From IMG/VR virus record IMGVR_UViG_3300010885_060749: a stretch of DNA of 64,000 nt; one strand, 5' to 3'. Origin of the DNA: an uncultured virus (IMG/VR IMGVR_UViG_3300010885_060749). Its lineage: Duplodnaviria > Heunggongvirae > Uroviricota > Caudoviricetes. Positions within the stretch are counted from its first letter, which is position 1, and each line of letters starts with the position of its first letter. A program made the position numbers and the translations under genes. This document shows, piece by piece, positions 48,396 through 57,843 of this stretch. The notes under the pieces were generated by a model, which did no database searches, had not been told where the DNA came from, and worked only from the letters and a program-made list of their open reading frames with translations.

Positions 48396-49249
48396 TAGAT
48401 CAGTTCCATGATTTCTTGCAAAGTGAATCTCTCAACATCGTTTGAGCTTGGACCCTGCTCGAGTATCTTCTCGTGAAGATTCTCTCCTTGCTGGAGACCG
48501 ATCGTCTTGACGTCTATCGTAGTACCAGCTTTAGCGTACTTCTTGATCATCGCATCAAGAAGATCTCCAACACTCATCGCTTTCATCTCAGGAACCCAAG
48601 GACTGGAATTCTTGGCCTCTCTTAAGCACTGAAAGATCAGATCGATGGCTTGCTCTCGAGTCCAGAAAAAACGAGTTGCAGTGGGCTCCGTTACTATTAC
48701 CTGTTCACCATTCTGGATCTTATCCTTCCACTTACAAAGCACCGAACCAGTAGAGTAGAGGACGTTTCCATACCGGACGATTCGGTACTTAGTGTCAGGA
48801 TTTAGCTCTTCAAACTGAAGGAAAAGTCTTTCCATGAGAAGCTTTGTAGCTCCGTAGGTTCCAGAGACTTGGGCCGCCTTATCAGTGCTAATTCCAATCA
48901 CAAAATCAAACTTATTCCGCAAAGACTCATTGAGAATGTTGATAGTTCCGACAACATTGCTTCTAGTGCACTCAAGACCGTGCTCCTCAGCCATCCCAAC
49001 ATGCTTGTAAGCAGCTAAATGGTAAACCGCGTTGACTCCCTTGCACGCTTGATGCGAGTCAAATTCATTCGCGATATCACCGGTAAAAATTTCGATGCTT
49101 GGGAATCGCTCCTTGAGCATAATGAGCTTTCCCTCGTTTCTTGAGATAATTCTCACTCTATCTCCTTGAGAAAGGAGCTTCTCAACTAACTTTTCGCCAA
49201 GAAAACCGGTTCCGCCAGTGACTAAAATAAGCTTCTGGTCTTTTTGCAT
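48395..49249 (-). CDS. UDP-GlcNAc 4,6-dehydratase family (PseB/CapD-like)
   Basis: TGGTGFLG; HLAAYKHV; ISTDKA; YGATK; RYGNVL.STGSV; ATG at 49249 after AGGAG. Confidence 0.9.
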   Translation of the reverse strand: MQKDQKLILVTGGTGFLGEKLVEKLLSQGDRVRIISRNEGKLIMLKERFPSIEIFTGDIANEFDSHQACKGVNAVYHLAAYKHVGMAEEHGLECTRSNVVGTINILNESLRNKFDFVIGISTDKAAQVSGTYGATKLLMERLFLQFEELNPDTKYRIVRYGNVLYSTGSVLCKWKDKIQNGEQVIVTEPTATRFFWTREQAIDLIFQCLREAKNSSPWVPEMKAMSVGDLLDAMIKKYAKAGTTIDVKTIGLQQGENLHEKILEQGPSSNDVERFTLQEIMELI

Positions 49250-49327
49250 GCTTCTCCTTTGTTTGGATATTTTCATTCAACTCTACAACGACAAAGCTGG
49301 TTGTTCCGTTGTTTTGCTGATTATCTC

Positions 49328-50086
49328 TCAGATCTTATCGTACGGCTTCCTTGATCTGATCAGAGCCTCATTCGAGAGCTGCTCATTTCTTGAGCTCAGA
49401 TGCTCGGCTGCGGGATTCATGCGATTGTAGCAAAGAAGAATGTTCGGTATGAAGCAAGATCTCTCCCTTGCCATCTCGATCAGAGGAAACATGATCGCTA
49501 GATCGCAGCTTGCCATAAAGTAATTGCCGTTGTTGTCTTTGAAATCCTCATCTCTAATCTTTGACCACAGATGGGACTTGTACGTCCTTAGATGCGACGT
49601 GCTCCACTGAGCCTTTCTGTAATTGCCGCTGAGATGAAGGCTAGGGTCGATTGGTGTGCTAAACTTTCCAACCTCTCCAAAGGGCCACTCAACGTAACTT
49701 CCCCACGTAACCAGACATCCAGTTGATCTGTAAGCATAATCTAAGATGTGAAGGACTGCGGGGCTATAGAGCCAGTCATCTCCGTCCAGGTTGATGAGAA
49801 CAGCTTCAGGAAAGCTTTCACAAGATTGCATCTTGTATCCTTCGATAAAGTTTCTCATTATTCCAAGACGTGAGCTGTTTCTTTTCATAAGAAACTTTTT
49901 CGAGAGATCAGGTCCAAGAAGATTGATGTAGGAAACTATTTTTTCCCATGTGTCATCGGTCGATGCATCATCGATCACAGCGCAGGTCCAGTCTCCTTCA
50001 TACTGCTGACTTGCAACCGAGTCAAGGCATCTCTGTATCCAGGGACCTGCATTTCTCACCGGGACAGTTATCATGAACCGAGTCAA
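49328..50086 (-). CDS. GT2 family glycosyltransferase
   Basis: VPVRNA..WI.RCLDSV..Q; IDDASTD; LDGDDWL; SHLRT; TTG start at 50086. Confidence 0.9.
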   Translation of the reverse strand: MTRFMITVPVRNAGPWIQRCLDSVASQQYEGDWTCAVIDDASTDDTWEKIVSYINLLGPDLSKKFLMKRNSSRLGIMRNFIEGYKMQSCESFPEAVLINLDGDDWLYSPAVLHILDYAYRSTGCLVTWGSYVEWPFGEVGKFSTPIDPSLHLSGNYRKAQWSTSHLRTYKSHLWSKIRDEDFKDNNGNYFMASCDLAIMFPLIEMARERSCFIPNILLCYNRMNPAAEHLSSRNEQLSNEALIRSRKPYDKI

Positions 50087-50994
50087 GATACAAACTCCAA
50101 AGTTCTCTTCCAAAAAACTTCTCTTCTATTATAGAGCCACTGAAGAGTGAAGTTCACATCAGGATTCTCAAGCCACTCCTCTCCGACATGTTGGACGTTC
50201 TCGTTAGTAACGATCTGACATCCAAGAAGACGCGCTTCGGTTACCATTCGATTTGAAACGTCAGCACCACGAGGAAGGCAAACAAAACCTTCAGAGTTTG
50301 CCATCAGCTCAAGGACTTGATCAGGTGATAGGTTCTTGATCAGAGTGTGTTCTTTATTGTTTTCTACCAGCCACTTCTTAGCATCATCAGTTCCCTTGAT
50401 CCAAGAATCAGAGTCGAGAGTCAACCACCCAGCTTTCTTTCTGGAAGGTATCGACTCGATAAGAGGAACAATCTTGAGAAAAAAGTCCTCTCCAAATACT
50501 GCAGATAGAACTTCACAGTTAGCTGTTTTTAGACTTGGAAATCTGTCAAAATACCGCTGCATATGACGCTGGGAACAGAACCAGACTTGCTTCGCGTTAA
50601 TGTAGAATCTCTCAATGAGCTTGCCCCAGATCTCAGACTCACAGTGACATTCCTCTCCTCCCTCGGTCAGATGCCTCTCTACCGATCTCCATCTACAAAA
50701 CTTATAGTCATGCTCGAATACGGAGTAGCTAATTTTAGACACTGAAAAGTACTGGATAAGTGCTGGATTCAGTTGAGCAAAATTCCCAAAAACCCAGTGA
50801 CAGTCCCGGTGAGTCTCTATCATCTCCAGGGTGACCTGACCTGACCTGATCCCAGCAAATGGGACTGGAGCTGATCTATGAAGAGCGTCCATCGACAACT
50901 CAGCTCCTCCGACAAGATCAGAGAGAAAAAAGTCTTGGACAAATACTATCTTAAACTCAGGCTTCTTCGGCTCTGTAAATGGGCTGCTGAACAT
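50083..50994 (-). CDS. Putative GT-B fold glycosyltransferase
   Basis: GGAELS; EHDY; WIKG; GFVCLPRGADVSNRMVTEARLLGC (variant EX7E region). Confidence 0.7.
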   Translation of the reverse strand: MFSSPFTEPKKPEFKIVFVQDFFLSDLVGGAELSMDALHRSAPVPFAGIRSGQVTLEMIETHRDCHWVFGNFAQLNPALIQYFSVSKISYSVFEHDYKFCRWRSVERHLTEGGEECHCESEIWGKLIERFYINAKQVWFCSQRHMQRYFDRFPSLKTANCEVLSAVFGEDFFLKIVPLIESIPSRKKAGWLTLDSDSWIKGTDDAKKWLVENNKEHTLIKNLSPDQVLELMANSEGFVCLPRGADVSNRMVTEARLLGCQIVTNENVQHVGEEWLENPDVNFTLQWLYNRREVFWKRTLEFVS

Positions 50995-50999
50995 GAACA

Positions 51000-51008
51000 A
51001 TTATAGCA
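51000..51008 (-). promoter_or_regulatory. Extended -10 sigma70-type promoter TGCTATAAT at the head of the glycan island
   Basis: Perfect TGnTATAAT 5 nt before ATG 50994, directly after a terminator. Confidence 0.65.
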
Positions 51009-51020
51009 AGCCTCTTCACA

Positions 51021-51049
51021 AATGAAAACGGCCGGTGGTTAGCCGGCCG
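51021..51049 (-). terminator. Intrinsic terminator after the fibre operon
   Basis: CGGCCGG-ctaacca-CCGGCCG followed by TTTTCATTT on the minus strand. Confidence 0.8.
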
Positions 51050-51068
51050 AGATCATATCAGGTTTCGA

Positions 51069-53177
51069 TCACCTGCTCTCATCAAGCTCCGGAACTCTCT
51101 CAAGGAGGAACTTGTATCTCTTACCGTTCTTGTTGAAGCGGATGGAGAGGAAGTCAGGTTCCTCGATTAGGGTGTAGTCACCACGCTCATTGCGAAGGTG
51201 CAAGTCTCCGGTGTATATGTGAGCCCAGCGGAAGTCTGAAGAACCCAGTGTGTGGGTGACATCAGCCGCAGGGAGGATATTGGAGTTAACAGTTGCGTTG
51301 AAAGTAACTCGATCGCTTGCAGAACGTCCCAGAGTCGTCGATCCAGAGACCGTAAGAGTTCCGGAAACGTGAGCTCCTGAGTCCTCGTAAACTCTGAACT
51401 GGCTGACGTTGTTCCAGTTCGCGATATCAAAGTAATGACCTGTACCATCATTGTTGATGTCAAGCTTCGAAACAATGTTTCCGCTTGAGATGAGAGTGAT
51501 CGGAGTGCCATTTCCTTGAACTGCGAGGTTACCAGTTCCCAGGAAAAGATCATTGTTGATCGTTGTTCTTCCGGTAAGAGCTCCGATGCTGACCGTGGTT
51601 GCGCTTCCAGTACCGATGTTGATCGTGGTCGGAATCGTGGGCCCAAGGTTTAACGTTGTGTTTGAACCCTGCGAGTCAAGCGAGACAACGTTCGATGACG
51701 GAGACCACGTCTTGAACAAATCGGACCCGGCACTCTGAACAACGAAGCCGTTGGATCCGACAGTATTGGCGTAGACGGTCGAGCCGCTGACGATCGTATT
51801 CTTTGCACTTGCCGCTTCAAGAACCAAGGAGGTTGCGCTGAGACCACGTAGGATTGCGGTGTTTCCTTCACCAGCCGCCGAACCGCCGGTTCCTGCAGTG
51901 ATAGAACCCGAGAGCAGTCGAACGTAGTTTCCACCCTGTATTGTCTTGATGGTGAAGTTGTTTCCAGCATCGTGCTGAACGACCGCGGTGCTACCGCTGA
52001 GGTTGACGTTGCCTGCCGCTCTCAGGGTGAGATCGTATGTGCTCTGTCCAGTTATATTGACATTGCTTCCTGCAAGACCGACATTGAGGAAGTTGGTGCC
52101 ATTGCTGTAGTGGTTCGTACCCGCAACATCCGCAAAGAGTTCAACCTGCGAGCCGCTTAGCTGGATCGAAGTGCCGTTACCCTTCAGCTCTGCAGTCGAA
52201 CCGCTGACCTGGAACCTAGAAGCCCTGATCGGCTGGAGGTCGGCTACGTTAAACGTGGTTGACGTAGAGTCAGAATTTGTCTTAGTAGCTACGAACGCCG
52301 TGTTCGAAAGAGAGTATCCGAAAGCAACGTTGCTGTTACCAGATCCGGTGTACCCGCCGATGAACCCGCGGTCTCCAGTGCTGCTTGCCGGAAAAGCTCC
52401 GGAAGCAAATCCAAATCCAACGAGAGGGTCTTTGATGATTAGGTTACTGGAAGATACGGTTGTTGTCACTCCCTGGACTTCGAGATCACCAGGGATTACA
52501 ACCCTACCGGTGCTTGAACCGAGGTTAACTGTTGTAGCGGAAGAAGCTACGTTGAACGTTCCAGCGGTGGTTGTTATGTCTCCACCGTTGACGGCAACGT
52601 CTCCCGTGACTGTGACATTTCCAATCAGAGCGCTTGTTCCCTGGACGGACAGGTTTCCGGCGGACTGAAGGCCAGAGCCGCTGATGACACCCAAACCGTC
52701 GATACTAGCTACAGGAAGACCCGAAAAAATATCTTTGAGAGTGAACGACCCAGAGCCTACGATCGGACCGGAGAACACGGACGTGTTGACGGCTGGGTTG
52801 CTGCTTGAAACTGCAAAGAATACGTCTGATCCTTTGGAGTTAGCCGCAGAGCTGAAACCGATCGCGATGGACGACGTCGTGTAAGCTGCAGCTGCGCTAG
52901 CTTCGCTGAAGACTGTAGGTGCACCGCCGCCACCGCCGCCTGTCGATGCGATGGTGACCGAGCCGTCCGAGCCCGTTGTGAGCGTGATGTTGCTGCCCGG
53001 CTTGAGGTACTCTCCCCCACCCGCAAGTCTTGTAAGCGAGCCCGTTATATTCGTTGCGTAAACGGTTTGCCACTTATTCGCCGAAGAGCCGATGTCATTC
53101 GTTGCAGACACAGGAATCAGTGAACCAGTTACTGCGATGGTTCCCAGCGAACCAGATAAACTACCTACGAAAGCCAT
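51069..53177 (-). CDS. Tail fibre / virion decoration protein (702 aa)
   Basis: Gly/Ser/Thr-rich beta repeats; C-terminal LGS...RWAHIYTGDLHLRNERGD.T.IEE domain. Confidence 0.75.
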   Translation of the reverse strand: MAFVGSLSGSLGTIAVTGSLIPVSATNDIGSSANKWQTVYATNITGSLTRLAGGGEYLKPGSNITLTTGSDGSVTIASTGGGGGGAPTVFSEASAAAAYTTSSIAIGFSSAANSKGSDVFFAVSSSNPAVNTSVFSGPIVGSGSFTLKDIFSGLPVASIDGLGVISGSGLQSAGNLSVQGTSALIGNVTVTGDVAVNGGDITTTAGTFNVASSATTVNLGSSTGRVVIPGDLEVQGVTTTVSSSNLIIKDPLVGFGFASGAFPASSTGDRGFIGGYTGSGNSNVAFGYSLSNTAFVATKTNSDSTSTTFNVADLQPIRASRFQVSGSTAELKGNGTSIQLSGSQVELFADVAGTNHYSNGTNFLNVGLAGSNVNITGQSTYDLTLRAAGNVNLSGSTAVVQHDAGNNFTIKTIQGGNYVRLLSGSITAGTGGSAAGEGNTAILRGLSATSLVLEAASAKNTIVSGSTVYANTVGSNGFVVQSAGSDLFKTWSPSSNVVSLDSQGSNTTLNLGPTIPTTINIGTGSATTVSIGALTGRTTINNDLFLGTGNLAVQGNGTPITLISSGNIVSKLDINNDGTGHYFDIANWNNVSQFRVYEDSGAHVSGTLTVSGSTTLGRSASDRVTFNATVNSNILPAADVTHTLGSSDFRWAHIYTGDLHLRNERGDYTLIEEPDFLSIRFNKNGKRYKFLLERVPELDESR

Positions 53178-53200
53178 GATATCACTCCAATTTCAGTTCA

Positions 53201-53210
53201 TCTCTAACTA
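53201..53210 (-). promoter_or_regulatory. Candidate late-promoter motif TAGTTA(GAGA)
   Basis: TAnTTA copy in the intergenic gap. Confidence 0.5.
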
Positions 53211-53223
53211 TCAACGAATACGG

Positions 53224-54135
53224 TTATTCGTCGATTAATTGCATCAACATCTTGTAGTTTTTTCCAGTCTTGTTGTTTACAATTCTGAGGAAGTCGTTTT
53301 CCTCGATCACAGTCCAGTCGCCGCGCTCGTTTCGAAGGTGAAGGTCGCCTGTGTATATGTGAGCCCAACGTATCGCATCAGTTCCAAGAGTGTATGTGTT
53401 GTGAGCGTCAGGAACGATGGATCCTTTCATTCCGACTGAACCGGTGATGTACAAGGAACCCGACATATAAATGTTGGAAGTCCCAGCTGTGTCAGTCGTC
53501 CCGATCCTGATATTTGTTGTCGACCCTTGATCTCCGCCCTGACCGATGTTAATGTTCTTTATGAGACCTGAGACCGTCGCCCCAGTAGCCAGATTAATAC
53601 CAATCGAGCCAGTCCTGCTTGCTGCAACGTTGAGCGTGAATCCGTTAGCGTTGCTGGAATTTCCGAACGATATTGTTGAAGCAGCCCCACCGATCGCAAC
53701 CGAGCTCACTCCTGTCGCAAATATTGTGGTTGATGATGCTGAGCTCGTGATGTCGCCGCCGTCAACTGCAAGATCTCCCGAGATTGTTAATGAGTTTGAT
53801 CCCGTTGCGAATACAAGACCAGAAGAAGCTCCAAGAACTCCATTGTCATTAAACTGTATCTGTGTGTTTGATCCCGTTGGAGGGGAAACAAACTCGATTA
53901 AGTTGGCGTCAGCTACACCATCACGATACCAGTACTTTTTTGAGGATCCGCTGACGATGAGTCGAACTTCCATCGACTTAAATCTAAGAGCGGATGGAAT
54001 GCCAGCGTTTGCTGCGGTGAGAGCAGATGGAACGGTGTCGGCGGAACCAGTGAATGGTCCCGAGTACGAGTCAACTGGAACAGCATTGACTGGCTGGATT
54101 CCATATGGTAGCTGAAGTCCGGGAGTTACTGGCAT
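53224..54135 (-). CDS. Short fibre protein (303 aa) sharing its C-terminal domain with 51069..53177
   Basis: RWAHIYTGDLHLRNERGDWTVIEE; GSNTQIQFND module. Confidence 0.75.
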   Translation of the reverse strand: MPVTPGLQLPYGIQPVNAVPVDSYSGPFTGSADTVPSALTAANAGIPSALRFKSMEVRLIVSGSSKKYWYRDGVADANLIEFVSPPTGSNTQIQFNDNGVLGASSGLVFATGSNSLTISGDLAVDGGDITSSASSTTIFATGVSSVAIGGAASTISFGNSSNANGFTLNVAASRTGSIGINLATGATVSGLIKNINIGQGGDQGSTTNIRIGTTDTAGTSNIYMSGSLYITGSVGMKGSIVPDAHNTYTLGTDAIRWAHIYTGDLHLRNERGDWTVIEENDFLRIVNNKTGKNYKMLMQLIDE

Positions 54136-54140
54136 GCTGC

Positions 54141-54150
54141 TCTCTAATTA
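54141..54150 (-). promoter_or_regulatory. Candidate late-promoter motif TAATTA(GAGA), overlapping the upstream stop codon
   Basis: Same TAnTTAGAG extension as 10237-10245 and 53202-53210. Confidence 0.4.
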
Positions 54151-57100
54151 TGCCCTTACGATCGAGTGACGGTGACTCGAGGCGTACGGGGAAGCGATTG
54201 TCATAGTGTAGACCTTGTACGAAACAGCAGTACCACCACCATCATTCACGTTGAACGTGGAGAGCACGTAGCTCGATGTGATGTCAGCGTTCAAGGCGTC
54301 CAGATCGGTTACGGAAGAGATGGTGTCTGATGCCGCAACCGTGGTTGGCAGCGCCATGGTGAAGTTGACTTGGGTATTTCCAGTATCAAGCTGCGTGGTG
54401 CCACCGGCGCTCACCAGCGTCTTTGTTCCAAGTGCTCTGACGTTTGCAGAGTTCACTGGGGCGGAAGCGGAAGGACCGTAGAAGATTCCGTACTGGAACG
54501 TGATTGTTGTGCTTCCTGATGTTGAAGTCTGGTAAGCATCAACAACTTGGACTCTGTAGAGCAACGACGTGGACGTGTTGAGAGAAGAGTCGTTGTGGCT
54601 TGTCGAAGGAATTGAGATTGAGGATGGGTTACCCGAGACAGGAACTGCGCTCAAACCTGGAACGTCTGTCCAACCTCCCGTTCCATTGACCTGATACTGA
54701 ACAGAGTAACTTGAAATTGGCGCGTTCGACCTGTTCCTGGTAATGGTGCCGGTGATTGTTGAACCGACATTTCCACGCTCTCGAAGCGTGTTTGTCTCGT
54801 TTGAGAACCCACCACCTGTCGTGGTCGTGACAGTGAGCGCCATTGTCGGAGCGGCATAAGCTTGTGGAGTCAAGTTCACGGCAGTTGTGAGCGTAGCTCC
54901 CGCGCTGTCAGTTATGATGTACTGGTAGTTGAGAATTGTGGTGAAGAAAGAACCAACCGTGAAAGTGTGATCGTAGTACAGAGGATTTGTCGTTGCGCTT
55001 GTCAGAGTCGTCCAAGCCCCTGTTGAGCCGCTTCTGAACTGAAGCGCTGCTGTCGAGACTGTTGCGCCGAGAGTGTTGATCGTATAACTTCCAGTGATGG
55101 ATGTTGTGATTGACCCGGAGATACCGAATGTGGAAGTGATCGGGTTTGTTGGAGTAAGATTCACGGTCGGATTGATAGGCTCTGCAATTGCAAGGAGGAT
55201 GACTTCCGCAGGTGTCTTTCCAGTTGCTGGGATCGTGGTACCGGTTGCGTATCTTCCAAAAGTTCTTCCACCAGTCAAAGAAACTGAAAGATCACTCGGG
55301 AAAACGTAAGAGTTAACAGTGACCTGACCGTTGGCGGATCCCGAAGTAATCGAGATGCTTCCTGTCTGTGCCATGGCGCTGGATGAGCTTGCAACAAGGT
55401 AAGGTGTACCGTCCGTTAAGCTTCTGAGTGATCCGCTCAATCCACCAGTTGCTTTGATCGTGACACCAGTCAGAGTATCAGTCGTCTTATTGTAAGTTAG
55501 ACCGCTGTCACCACCGAATGTTGTTCCACCATCATTAAATTGAACGTAAGTGTCGGATCCACCCGGAGACCCACCGCCACCGCCTGAAGCAGTGAGTTCC
55601 CACTGTCCGGAAGAATTGTAGTTGACGGTTACACCGCTTCCGGTGATGAAATCAAGACCGCCAGTAGTCTTTCTAAGAGACCCAGTTATATTCTGCGCAA
55701 TAAGTGAGCCTGTTACCTGAACGCTTGAACCGCTGATCGTTACAGCAGAGTCGCTATTGATAGAGAGGCTCTTACCAGTGTAAGCGCTGATGGTAGCGTT
55801 CTGTCCTGAGCCGCTAACAACACTCAAAAACTGAGAGTTGTCTTTCTCAAATCCAATTCCCTGAGAGCCTGCAGTGATTGATAGCAAGCTACCGGTTAGC
55901 TTGGTTAAACCCGTTCCGCCGATCTGAAACGTCTTACCGGCTGCAGCTGCGAGTGATGTAAGATCTCCCGATCCGCTGCTAATTGTTGCGAAATTAGTTC
56001 CATGACGCTGGAAGTTGATAACACCAGCGCCGTGATTAATAGAGACTGTTGAACCGCTTAGCTGAGTCGAAGCTGTTCCGCCAACGCTTAAGTTTAGGGA
56101 TTGAGCTGAGATGACAGAGTCACTTGCGCCGTCGTAGGTCGCTCGAAGAAACTCTGAAGCTCCGCGATAAAGTAAGATTTGACCGTCGTTAGATCCAAGC
56201 GTTAGGGTAGATCCACTAATCGTGAGATTTACCGGTGTTCCTGACTGTAATCTTCCAAGTATCTTTGGGCTGAATAAGTTGGAGCTATCAACCGCAAGTC
56301 CGCCGTTGGAATTCGAATCAAACCATGTAAGACCAGAGTACGAATCAATGTGGACTGAGCTGCCAGAGAGATACAACGACGGAAAAGCAGCTTCTGTCGA
56401 TCGAATGAGAGCTGATGAACCACCAGATCTTGAAAAAGAGATGTACTCAGACTCAGCTTCAAAGAATTTAACCGTATTTCCAGAAGCAGCTTTCAGCTGG
56501 ACTGCAGTTCCGCTGGCAACTAGCGTCGAACCGTCTGAAGACGTAATAAAAGCTGTTGTTCCGTTGACTTGAAGAGATGAAGCTCTGATCGGCTGCAAGC
56601 TGCTAACAGCAATTGCAGTTGCGCCGGGAGTGGATGTTGTCTTTGTGGCGACAAATGACCCGCTGTTGTTCGACCATGCAAAAGCGACATTGTTACCAGC
56701 TCCCGTGATACCACCGATGAATCCACGATCTCCAGCTGATCCAGCCACCGATCCGGTGGTGAAACCAAGACCTATGAGCGGATCTTCAACCGTGATATTG
56801 GAAGCGTCAACAGTTACAGTCGTTCCCTGGACTTCAAGATCGCCCGGAACTACGACCCTGCTTGTGCTTGATCCGAGGTTGAGAGTTGTTGCTGAAGTTG
56901 CAAGGTTAAACGTTGACGCAGTTGTGGTAATATCTCCACCGTCGACCGCAACGTCACCCGAAAATTGAGCGTTTGTTCCCGTTACGTTACCAATTACGTA
57001 ATGTGATCCAGAGATGACGACATCGCCACCGAACACAGACTTTCTAGCAGTAGCATCAGTAATGCCAGATGTTCCGCTGACAAAGAAGAATACATCGGAA

Positions 57101-57501
57101 CCGGCGTTCTGGGCTGCGTAACTTGACCCCAGAGCTCCCGCAATGGATACTGAAGCGGTTGAGTTGAGACGTGGGGATGGGGAAAGCTCATTCCAGTTGC
57201 TTGTGCCTCCGCCCCCTCCTCCGACAGAATATGACGCGCCCGCTGAGTTGTAGATTGTACCTGAAATGACGACGTCACCCTTGAAAGTGACAACTCCACG
57301 AGATGATGAATTTTTAGAACCTGCAGTTCCTGAAATGAAAAGCCAGGTATCAGATCCGGTCGTGAAATGTGATGCGAAGAACCCACCTGACTGATCCGTT
57401 GCAGAACCAAGCCCATAGATCAGAAGCGGTGAAGATGCAGTGCTTCCAGAGTTGATGATCTGGTTAACGCGTATCTGTCTTGCGCGAAAATCTGCTGACA
57501 T
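54148..57501 (-). CDS. Long tail fibre / decoration protein (1117 aa)
   Basis: Gly/Ser/Thr-rich; shares modules with the two downstream fibre genes; Ig-like C-terminal region. Confidence 0.75.
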   Translation of the reverse strand: MSADFRARQIRVNQIINSGSTASSPLLIYGLGSATDQSGGFFASHFTTGSDTWLFISGTAGSKNSSSRGVVTFKGDVVISGTIYNSAGASYSVGGGGGGTSNWNELSPSPRLNSTASVSIAGALGSSYAAQNAGSDVFFFVSGTSGITDATARKSVFGGDVVISGSHYVIGNVTGTNAQFSGDVAVDGGDITTTASTFNLATSATTLNLGSSTSRVVVPGDLEVQGTTVTVDASNITVEDPLIGLGFTTGSVAGSAGDRGFIGGITGAGNNVAFAWSNNSGSFVATKTTSTPGATAIAVSSLQPIRASSLQVNGTTAFITSSDGSTLVASGTAVQLKAASGNTVKFFEAESEYISFSRSGGSSALIRSTEAAFPSLYLSGSSVHIDSYSGLTWFDSNSNGGLAVDSSNLFSPKILGRLQSGTPVNLTISGSTLTLGSNDGQILLYRGASEFLRATYDGASDSVISAQSLNLSVGGTASTQLSGSTVSINHGAGVINFQRHGTNFATISSGSGDLTSLAAAAGKTFQIGGTGLTKLTGSLLSITAGSQGIGFEKDNSQFLSVVSGSGQNATISAYTGKSLSINSDSAVTISGSSVQVTGSLIAQNITGSLRKTTGGLDFITGSGVTVNYNSSGQWELTASGGGGGSPGGSDTYVQFNDGGTTFGGDSGLTYNKTTDTLTGVTIKATGGLSGSLRSLTDGTPYLVASSSSAMAQTGSISITSGSANGQVTVNSYVFPSDLSVSLTGGRTFGRYATGTTIPATGKTPAEVILLAIAEPINPTVNLTPTNPITSTFGISGSITTSITGSYTINTLGATVSTAALQFRSGSTGAWTTLTSATTNPLYYDHTFTVGSFFTTILNYQYIITDSAGATLTTAVNLTPQAYAAPTMALTVTTTTGGGFSNETNTLRERGNVGSTITGTITRNRSNAPISSYSVQYQVNGTGGWTDVPGLSAVPVSGNPSSISIPSTSHNDSSLNTSTSLLYRVQVVDAYQTSTSGSTTITFQYGIFYGPSASAPVNSANVRALGTKTLVSAGGTTQLDTGNTQVNFTMALPTTVAASDTISSVTDLDALNADITSSYVLSTFNVNDGGGTAVSYKVYTMTIASPYASSHRHSIVRA

Positions 57502-57827
57502 TAACTTAGAACCTCAATCGCATGGATATGGACAGAATCGCTAGTCGGAGTGGAAGCTTTTAAAGTGACGCTTGAAGCCGAAATACTTACGATATACACG
57601 CTGAAGTTCGCAGTTGCTCCTTTTGGAGTAACAGTAACTTTCGGTGGAAGAGAAAACTTGCCAGTAGGAAAGCTATACGTAAGCTCATCGCTACCGCCAA
57701 AAGTAGCGATTGCAGCGTCTATATTCACATTAGCCAAGTCAGACTCCGTCAGGAAGTAATTTCTGGGTTCACGACGCAGGAATGGATACGTCTTTTTGTA
57801 GCGTTGTAGATCGATCCTCGTCGGCAC
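57501..57827 (-). CDS. Small fibre-associated protein, H-type-lectin-like beta domain
   Basis: F...FSLPPKVTVT...VYIVSIS.SSVTL...VHIHAI pattern; GTG start after GGAGG. Confidence 0.55.
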   Translation of the reverse strand: MPTRIDLQRYKKTYPFLRREPRNYFLTESDLANVNIDAAIATFGGSDELTYSFPTGKFSLPPKVTVTPKGATANFSVYIVSISASSVTLKASTPTSDSVHIHAIEVLS

Positions 57828-57843
57828 AGCCCGCCTCCAGCAC

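Noticed and set aside
26484..50994. Bacterial capsule or O-antigen locus
   Set aside because: No export, polymerase or initiating-transferase genes, and the island is coupled directly to phage sigma and baseplate genes
51069..57501. Diversity-generating retroelement or shufflon acting on the fibre genes
   Set aside because: Repeats differ at scattered synonymous positions rather than at adenines only; no reverse transcriptase, recombinase or inverted cassettes in the window
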